Shown here piece after piece: positions 14,688 through 20,000 of a stretch of 20,000 bases of DNA. A model generated the notes under the pieces. The model did no database searches. It had not been told where the DNA came from and saw only the letters and a list, made by a program, of their open reading frames with translations. Source of the DNA: an uncultured virus (IMG/VR IMGVR_UViG_3300024946_000002) (Duplodnaviria > Heunggongvirae > Uroviricota > Caudoviricetes). The number at the start of each line of letters is the position of its first letter. Position 1 is the stretch's first letter. Both the position numbers and the translations under genes were made by a program. The stretch lies in the IMG/VR virus record IMGVR_UViG_3300024946_000002; one strand, given 5' to 3'.

Positions 14688-14842
14688 AAACAGTGACCAA
14701 ACAATTCACAGTCCTAGACCTAAACGGTAAAATAGTAGAGGCCAAAGGCTACGCAGATGCAAGCCAGAAGGCGCTTAACTTCATACAAGGTGACGAAGGC
14801 GAAGTTGTGATTGTTATTAGAATTAAAAAGGATAAAAAGTGA
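14684..14842 (+). CDS. Small hypothetical protein (52 aa, not in ORF track)
   Basis: MKTVTKQFTVLDLNGKIVEAKGYADASQKALNFIQGDEGEVVIVIRIKKDKK*, with ATGA and GTGA overlaps. Confidence 0.65.
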   Translation: MKTVTKQFTVLDLNGKIVEAKGYADASQKALNFIQGDEGEVVIVIRIKKDKK

Positions 14843-15309
14843 TGGATATTAAAGAGATTATTGAAGATGCGAAAGATGCAGGGTTTGTTCCAGTTGCAAA
14901 GACTAATCCTATAGTAATAGGAACGCCGAACGAAATTAGCTTGCTTACATTATTAACCAAATTTGCAGAACTCACACTTAAACGTGCTAGTGAGAAGATA
15001 CATAAAGCCGCAGTTGGGTATATAGACCCACAATCAGTCACCAACCTTAAAAGTAAGGTATCTACTAAAGAGTGGTTATGGGCAAACCCTGATACAAATC
15101 TAATACCACTATGCGCCTCACTATCTGCGAATGAGCAGGATGCAAAACCATTTGCTTGGTATCGTGAGGGCAATGAAATTAACCCAAACCACATCGAGCA
15201 CATCAACGAGAGAGGCGAAACAGTTTACATTGAATTCCGTATGAGTGCTCCGCCTGAAAATCGTGGATGGGTACGTTTAGCCATTGCCAATAAGAAAGTT
15301 GGTGTGTGA
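14839..15309 (+). CDS. Hypothetical phage protein
   Basis: 156-aa ORF in the operon, modular-looking (AVGYIDP, KPFAW segments). Confidence 0.75.
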   Translation: MMDIKEIIEDAKDAGFVPVAKTNPIVIGTPNEISLLTLLTKFAELTLKRASEKIHKAAVGYIDPQSVTNLKSKVSTKEWLWANPDTNLIPLCASLSANEQDAKPFAWYREGNEINPNHIEHINERGETVYIEFRMSAPPENRGWVRLAIANKKVGV

Positions 15310-15437
15310 TGGGTAACACAATATTAAATTTACGCATAGGCAAGCGACATTTGCAGATAGGATTTTGGTTTATTACCTTTAAATTGAATCCATATTGGAT
15401 AAAAAATAAACCTAATTCATTTTTGGAGATTATGTGA
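15309..15437 (+). CDS. Small hypothetical protein (42 aa)
   Basis: TGATG coupling, MGNTILNLRIGKRHLQIGFWFITFKLNPYWIKNKPNSFLEIM*. Confidence 0.55.
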   Translation: MGNTILNLRIGKRHLQIGFWFITFKLNPYWIKNKPNSFLEIM

Positions 15438-15685
15438 TGACAGACCAAGAATTTAAATTTCTCATGACGGTAAAAAATGAACAAAAAGAGTTAATAGACG
15501 AATTGGAAGCTAAGCTATCACAAGCAGAAGCAGATAAAGCGGAATTGGTGAAACGCATTAAAGAGTTAAACAGATACTCATTCTTATCAGGTGGACCAAA
15601 TGGAGGGGTTAGACTCTATATGGATAAGTCGGGTTCATGGGTTGAATATCATGAAGTCATTAAATTGTTGGGAGATGACGCATGA
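15434..15685 (+). CDS. Hypothetical coiled-coil protein
   Basis: GGAG SD, heptad segment and G.WVEY..V..L end. Confidence 0.75.
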   Translation: MMTDQEFKFLMTVKNEQKELIDELEAKLSQAEADKAELVKRIKELNRYSFLSGGPNGGVRLYMDKSGSWVEYHEVIKLLGDDA

Positions 15686-15873
15686 ATAACCTAGACCAAT
15701 TACGTGAGAGATTTGAGGCTTGGCACAGGAGTAGATATAAAGGGTTAAATTATGCTTGGAGCACCAGCAATGGGTATTTAAATGCTCGTATAGACTTGGA
15801 CTTTGAAATTTACCAAGCCGCCCACATTAGTGCAGTTAAGCAGTGTGCTGAGATAGCTAAAAAAATATCATAG
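15682..15873 (+). CDS. Hypothetical phage protein
   Basis: LRERFEAW...YQAA motif common in lambdoid early genes. ATGA overlap. Confidence 0.75.
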   Translation: MNNLDQLRERFEAWHRSRYKGLNYAWSTSNGYLNARIDLDFEIYQAAHISAVKQCAEIAKKIS

Positions 15874-15941
15874 AGAGTTCTCTGAATGTGCAGCAATAAA
15901 TATAGGCATAGACATACTAGCACTACTATCAAAGGAGAATA

Positions 15942-16181
15942 GTGATGAGTGCAACTGACAGATTGAGAGAAAAAGCGCAAAACGAACAGACAAGCATTGC
16001 ACTGAATCATCTACTTAAAGCTGAACAATTACGCAATCAGAAACTTGAGGCACAGTTAGCAATAGCCGTTGTGGCACTTGAATCATGTACTGACTATAGC
16101 GATTACGAACAAACATTTAATAGCAAGCTGGTGGAAGAAGCCCTAACCAAAATTAGAATGCAGGAAAGTAAAGGTGAATAG
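15942..16181 (+). CDS. Hypothetical coiled-coil protein
   Basis: AAGGAG SD, 79 aa. Confidence 0.75.
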   Translation: MMSATDRLREKAQNEQTSIALNHLLKAEQLRNQKLEAQLAIAVVALESCTDYSDYEQTFNSKLVEEALTKIRMQESKGE

Positions 16182-16476
16182 TATGAACGAATCAAATAGC
16201 TCATTGGTTAGAATGGGTGTGTCACTGGCTAAAGAAAACGAATCACTACGCCAACAACTAGCCGTTAAAGATTTGGAAGTGATGCAGTTGAGGGAGGTTT
16301 TTCTCAATATGAGAAACCATTTCAAATGTATGCGTAATGGGTTTAACGATTATCTTTTCATAGATGCTGAAAAAGCACTATCTCAACCAAACACTGGAAC
16401 GACTAACCATGAAAGGATAAGAAATGGGAGCTGGAAACAAACCTGTATTTTTAACCGAGCTAATTGTAGTTGGTAA
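16174..16476 (+). CDS. Hypothetical protein
   Basis: ORF overlapping the upstream stop, with a coiled-coil N-terminal half. The C-terminal extent is uncertain. Confidence 0.6.
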   Translation: MNSMNESNSSLVRMGVSLAKENESLRQQLAVKDLEVMQLREVFLNMRNHFKCMRNGFNDYLFIDAEKALSQPNTGTTNHERIRNGSWKQTCIFNRANCSW

Positions 16477-16520
16477 CACTTTTACATTTTGGCATTACTA
16501 CGGATATGAGAGATAAGAAT

Positions 16521-16703
16521 ATGAAAAACATTTATGAAATCAAAGATTGGATGGAGTACCTAGGCGCAAGCCGTGCAACGGTATCACGCTATATCAAATC
16601 TGGACTTATTCCAAAACCAGACCATATAGAGCCTCGCCCACGTTGGAATAAAAGCCCTATGACACTTGGGCTTCAATCCAATCAGAGTAATACTGCATCA
16701 TAG
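16521..16703 (+). CDS. xis: Excisionase / AlpA-like recombination directionality factor
   Basis: IKDWMEYLGASRATVSRYIKSGLIPKP......RW is a winged HTH of the AlpA/Xis type. Last gene of the early operon, adjacent to int. Confidence 0.82.
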   Translation: MKNIYEIKDWMEYLGASRATVSRYIKSGLIPKPDHIEPRPRWNKSPMTLGLQSNQSNTAS

Positions 16704-17838
16704 CGATTCTATGTTCAAGATACTCAGCACGATTATATGAAGCTCGCACATCATCTATTTCATTGTGTGCGAGTTGGCGCTCTATCCAATCTTTATCAAA
16801 GCGCCTACGACCATCAATCGTTTCATTGTTAAGCACAGTAGAGGCTAATGCCCTAAAGCCGTGGCCTGTCATTTTGCCTCGATACCCTAAACGATAGAGT
16901 GCAAATAATAGGGTATTCTCACTAATCGGATGGTTAGGCCGTTTAAGTGATCCAAGCACATACTTATCATCGCCAGTGTATTGCTCAAGCTCTTTGATGA
17001 TACTCAGTGCGAATTTAGTTAATGGTACTACGTGAGGCTTAGGCGTTTTTCCGGTAACCGTTTTCATGCGCTCACCAGGGATTACCCAAAACCTACCATC
17101 TTTAATTTCTTTACGCTCGAAATACCTTAGCTCAGTGGTCCGCACAAAGGTTAACGCCAATAACATCAAGCCAAGCCTAGTAACAGGTTCGTCATAGCTT
17201 TTAATTGCTTGAAACAGGTCTTTAGCTTCACTCACATCAATACATGGCATATGCGTGCGCACAGGCGTTCTGAGCACGCTGCATAAATTAGTTGCTGGAT
17301 GCAGTTGTATTTCATCGGTATTAACGGCATGCGTAAACACCTGCCCTAACCTACTGGCTATTCTGTTAGCAGTTTCAACAACACCTTTTGATTGAATTCC
17401 CTGCACCAACTCGACCAGCTCTTTGCGCGTAATCTTATCTAGTGGCTTGTCACCTATCTTCTCAAAAACATATTGGTCCATACTGGCCTGAATAATAGCC
17501 TTATGCTTCTGGCTTTTCAGATCAGGCAGATGATGCTTGTACCATTTCTCTTCGACAAACTGCTTGAAAGTCATTACACGGCTTTCAGTTAAGCCATGTA
17601 GCTTCAATCTCGCCTGCTCATCTTTAAACTCTGAATTTAATAATCTAGCCTTAGCTAAACTAATCTCAGGATATAGGCCATAAGTTTTGGTTTTGTATTT
17701 GTCTTGTGAATCTTTGTAGTTGTATCGCCATGATTTGATATTGCGAGGCGTAACTACTAAGTAAAGCCCTGCCATATCAGCAATCTTATATTGCTGCGCT
17801 TTAGGCTTTAGAGAATCAATCTGCTTAATGGTTAGCAT
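16657..17838 (-). CDS. int: Tyrosine integrase (P4-like, N-terminal arm-binding domain)
   Basis: MLTIKQIDSLKPK...YKIAD..GLYL.V...KSW.Y.Y arm domain. Catalytic R (TFVRTTELR), K (RMK), HGFR, LAH and Y (YNRAEY). Confidence 0.96.
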   Translation of the reverse strand: MLTIKQIDSLKPKAQQYKIADMAGLYLVVTPRNIKSWRYNYKDSQDKYKTKTYGLYPEISLAKARLLNSEFKDEQARLKLHGLTESRVMTFKQFVEEKWYKHHLPDLKSQKHKAIIQASMDQYVFEKIGDKPLDKITRKELVELVQGIQSKGVVETANRIASRLGQVFTHAVNTDEIQLHPATNLCSVLRTPVRTHMPCIDVSEAKDLFQAIKSYDEPVTRLGLMLLALTFVRTTELRYFERKEIKDGRFWVIPGERMKTVTGKTPKPHVVPLTKFALSIIKELEQYTGDDKYVLGSLKRPNHPISENTLLFALYRLGYRGKMTGHGFRALASTVLNNETIDGRRRFDKDWIERQLAHNEIDDVRASYNRAEYLEHRIAMMQYYSDWIEAQVS

Positions 17839-17841
17839 GCT

Positions 17842-18118
17842 GATACCCTAAACTGATTTAGCGAATACCCAATGCGATACCCTAAAATATTTTGGCTAGG
17901 ATTGTTTATACATGATGAATTGTGACGCATGATGTAAGCACATGATTAACTGCAAGGGCAGTCAGTATAATGCTTTCAGCTTACTTTGTGGGGAGTTTTG
18001 ATGAAGTTTGACGAACGATGAAAAAACTTGAAAAAGAGTAACTGGTAGGCAGTAGCTCTATCACAAACTTAATTCAATCAATTACTTGCGGATTTGATAC
18101 CCTAAATACAACCTTAAA
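17842..18118. other. attP region (arm-type repeats, IHF site, candidate core)
   Basis: GATACCCTAAA at 17842, 17876 and 18096, with degenerate partners at 17864 and 18108. Perfect IHF consensus AATCAA-TTAC-TTG at 18076-88. Candidate core TGGTAGGCAGTA at 18043-54 (reverse complement ends ...CCTACCA like a tRNA 3' end). Confidence 0.8.
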
Positions 18119-18126
18119 TGCTTTGT

Positions 18127-18708
18127 TTAATCTTGTTTTAGGGTGCAATCATTATACGCGCATACTGAATCAATCCAACCTCGTGCCAGATTGAATTGAG
18201 CTGTAGTTACTGCGCACGCCTGTTCGATAGCTGATAATCCAGTATCGGTTGCGTCAAGCTCTCGCCTACAGCTGGCAAGTCTTTCGGTATCGCTGGCAAT
18301 TTCGCCTGAGGTGTTGCGACTACCTGCTTCGAGCAGCATGCGGTCAGCATAAGAAGCAAGCCTAAAATCAGCATTGGTTTTGTTAGCATATAAACTACTC
18401 ACTTTCTTTTGAAGTTGCGCCTTATCAATATCTAAGGTAGCAATGATTGATTTGTACTTATTGATTTCAAGCCCCACGGCCTTTTTCGTATTAGCCTCTA
18501 TAATCTGATTCTTTTGCGCCTGCAACTCAGCTTCTTGCTTCACTAGGCCGATATACTCTTTGAAATCCTGTTTTTCATTCTCATAGGCGCTTTTGTAATG
18601 CCAGATTGCCAGCAACATAAGCACCACCAGCACAATGCGCCAGTGCGTGATTAGCAGCTGGGATAGAGATTTAAACTTACCTAGTAACCACAAGCCAAAA
18701 GTAATCAT
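18127..18708 (-). CDS. Rz: Rz-like inner-membrane spanin
   Basis: N-terminal TM (WRIVLVVLMLLAIWHY), periplasmic coiled coil and C-terminal Cys residues. Follows the endolysin with TAATG coupling (start 18708). Confidence 0.82.
   Translation of the reverse strand: MITFGLWLLGKFKSLSQLLITHWRIVLVVLMLLAIWHYKSAYENEKQDFKEYIGLVKQEAELQAQKNQIIEANTKKAVGLEINKYKSIIATLDIDKAQLQKKVSSLYANKTNADFRLASYADRMLLEAGSRNTSGEIASDTERLASCRRELDATDTGLSAIEQACAVTTAQFNLARGWIDSVCAYNDCTLKQD
18207..18389 (-). CDS. Rz1: Rz1-like outer-membrane lipoprotein spanin, fully embedded in Rz
   Basis: Signal peptide with lipobox LTA-C(C) and a Pro-rich mature part (TPQAKLPAIPKDLP), in an alternative frame within Rz. Confidence 0.82.
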   Translation of the reverse strand: MLTKPMLILGLLLMLTACCSKQVVATPQAKLPAIPKDLPAVGESLTQPILDYQLSNRRAQ

Positions 18709-19172
18709 TAATCTAACTCCACAAAATCCAACGGATCTAATCTGTTGGCCGTACCTAATCCACACACTTGCTTGGTGCGAATCTCAAAATGCAGGTGTCC
18801 ACCTTTAGCGATGGTGTCCATGCCTTTAGCATTGCCGGTGCTGCCAGTTTTTCCAATCCAACTGCCTACACTTACCTTCTCGCCCACTTTGACCGCCACT
18901 AAACTAAGGTGCGCATAGAAAGCAAATAATGTCTTACCTTCATGTTCAAACTGATGGGTAACTGTGTAGCCATAACCATCTAGCCCCATGTTTACGCCAA
19001 CGATAGTGCCATCAGCCACTGCAAGCACCATCTCACCTTTGTTGGCCTGCAAATCAATTCCCTGGTGCGCACGTTTAGAGCCATCTCCATTTCTACGCAC
19101 TAACCCAAACTTAGCGCCATTCACACTAGCTAAACCAGCTGTCCGTAACTTACATATCTTTAGTGGTTTCAT
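18708..19172 (-). CDS. M23-family metallopeptidase, putative endolysin
   Basis: HQGIDL (HxxxD), YAHL, IGKTGSTGNA and HLHFEIR (HxH). Sits between the holin-like genes and the spanins. Confidence 0.9.
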   Translation of the reverse strand: MKPLKICKLRTAGLASVNGAKFGLVRRNGDGSKRAHQGIDLQANKGEMVLAVADGTIVGVNMGLDGYGYTVTHQFEHEGKTLFAFYAHLSLVAVKVGEKVSVGSWIGKTGSTGNAKGMDTIAKGGHLHFEIRTKQVCGLGTANRLDPLDFVELD

Positions 19173-19471
19173 AAGAAGCTTGCCTCAATATCCTCGTAGT
19201 CTTTCATCATGCTTTTAAATCTATGCACCGTTCGTGGCCATACGAAAAATGCTAACGTTCCTGCTGATCCAAACAGCAACCAATGCCATTCAGGACTAGC
19301 ACGCACAAAAATCGCGTAATAGATAAAAACTAAAGCACTTGAGAATGCCAGCACGTATTTAATTTTGTGGCAGAAGTGGATCATGCCGCCTGGCATCTTT
19401 GCCATTGCGCAGAAGCTCTCAAATAAAATGTAGAGCGAAAGAATAATGGTTGCGAGTTTTAGCCAGCTCAT
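19169..19471 (-). CDS. Three-TM membrane protein (holin/antiholin candidate)
   Basis: Three hydrophobic segments with a charged C-terminal tail. ATGA-coupled within the lysis cassette. Confidence 0.6.
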   Translation of the reverse strand: MSWLKLATIILSLYILFESFCAMAKMPGGMIHFCHKIKYVLAFSSALVFIYYAIFVRASPEWHWLLFGSAGTLAFFVWPRTVHRFKSMMKDYEDIEASFL

Positions 19472-19836
19472 GCCTTGTTACCTCGTATAAAGTCTTGAAT
19501 TCTGATAAAAATAGCAGTTAAAATCTTTGGGGCTTCCTGCCTGATCTGCACCCTAAACGCAATGAATGTGAATGCCATGAATGCAGCAACAGACTTTTGG
19601 GCAATATCAGGTGCAAACTTTAGAACAACAGGTACCGCCCAACCAGTTGCCAGCGTGCCAACAACGATTAAGATAAACGCCGCAATTAGACTAGCCTCTT
19701 TAGAGAAAGCCACGCCCAATGCTGAACCAATGGCAGCCACCCAAAGCGTGGCAGGCGGCACATCAAATAAATGTCCAATCGCGGCTGCTAAAACCCCTAT
19801 GAAAGCTATCGCAATATTTGGTATGTTGTCGTTCAT
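19468..19836 (-). CDS. Putative holin
   Basis: Three to four hydrophobic segments and a basic amphipathic C-terminus. GAAAGG SD, first gene of the lysis cassette. Confidence 0.7.
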   Translation of the reverse strand: MNDNIPNIAIAFIGVLAAAIGHLFDVPPATLWVAAIGSALGVAFSKEASLIAAFILIVVGTLATGWAVPVVLKFAPDIAQKSVAAFMAFTFIAFRVQIRQEAPKILTAIFIRIQDFIRGNKA

Positions 19837-19854
19837 CTCTAACCTTTCTTATTT

Positions 19855-20000
19855 TTATTTAACTTTTAATTTTTCAAAATTCAGCGATAACAAATGCTGA
19901 GGTGTAATACGATGGTGATACTTACTATCAAACGGCCTTTGACCACCTGCTGCTAGAATGCTGGCCACCAACTCAGCACACGACCATTTATCATCTTCCT
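19855..20000 (-). CDS. C-terminal part of a permuted papain-like (YaeF/YiiX, NlpC/P60) amidase-family protein
   Basis: Manual translation ...EDDKWSCAELWASILAAGGQRPFDSKYHHRITPQHLLSLNFEKLKVK* shows the W.C[SA]EL.A.....G...F...ITP..L motif. Confidence 0.7.
   Translation of the reverse strand, partial: EDDKWSCAELVASILAAGGQRPFDSKYHHRITPQHLLSLNFEKLKVK

Noticed and set aside
9815..16325. Minus-strand ORFs (9815, 10368, 11367, 11671, 12869, 14823, 15203, 15810, 16143) and nested plus-strand ORFs 10970 and 12906
   Set aside because: These are shadows or alternative frames of well-supported genes.
16881..16891. Exact arm-site copy GATACCCTAAA inside int
   Set aside because: It encodes the conserved RLGYR motif of P4-like integrases and lies about 1 kb from attP. 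Probably coincidental, though binding is not excluded.
18709..18765. Extended Rz start at 18765
   Set aside because: It overlaps the endolysin, and the TAATG-coupled ATG at 18708 is more plausible.
18988..19900. Plus-strand ORFs 18988-19218 and 19562-19900
   Set aside because: They are antisense to the endolysin and holin-like genes.
1..20000. CRISPR array, diversity-generating retroelement, retron or IS element
   Set aside because: No regularly spaced repeats, reverse transcriptase, TR/VR pair or transposase was seen in this window.

Overview
This is about 20 kb of a temperate tailed phage genome (roughly 40% GC, Gram-negative host judging by the spanins and an IHF site). On the minus strand at left are terL (partial) and terS, a nin-like accessory region, and a replication pair (DUF1376 initiator plus P-like loader). 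The nin-like region holds NinG, DUF1367, a DksA/TraR-like zinc finger, an Acb2-like and a Tad2-like nucleotide-signal sponge, and a PAPS-reductase-like enzyme. A lambda-type cro/cI switch follows, with five visible 14-bp operators and three promoters. The plus-strand early operon carries RecT, a YqaJ exonuclease, a 355-nt densely structured intergenic RNA region ending in a CCA-terminated tRNA-like element, an HNH-AP2 endonuclease, many small ORFs and xis. At right are a tyrosine integrase, an apparently intact attP, and a minus-strand lysis cassette (holin-like genes, M23 peptidase endolysin, Rz with embedded Rz1). Best candidates for novelty: the tRNA-mimic/structured RNA cluster, the tandem sponge cluster with an extra fused domain, and a leader-peptide/pseudoknot-like element in front of the replication initiator. 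All family calls come from motif recognition, not database searches.
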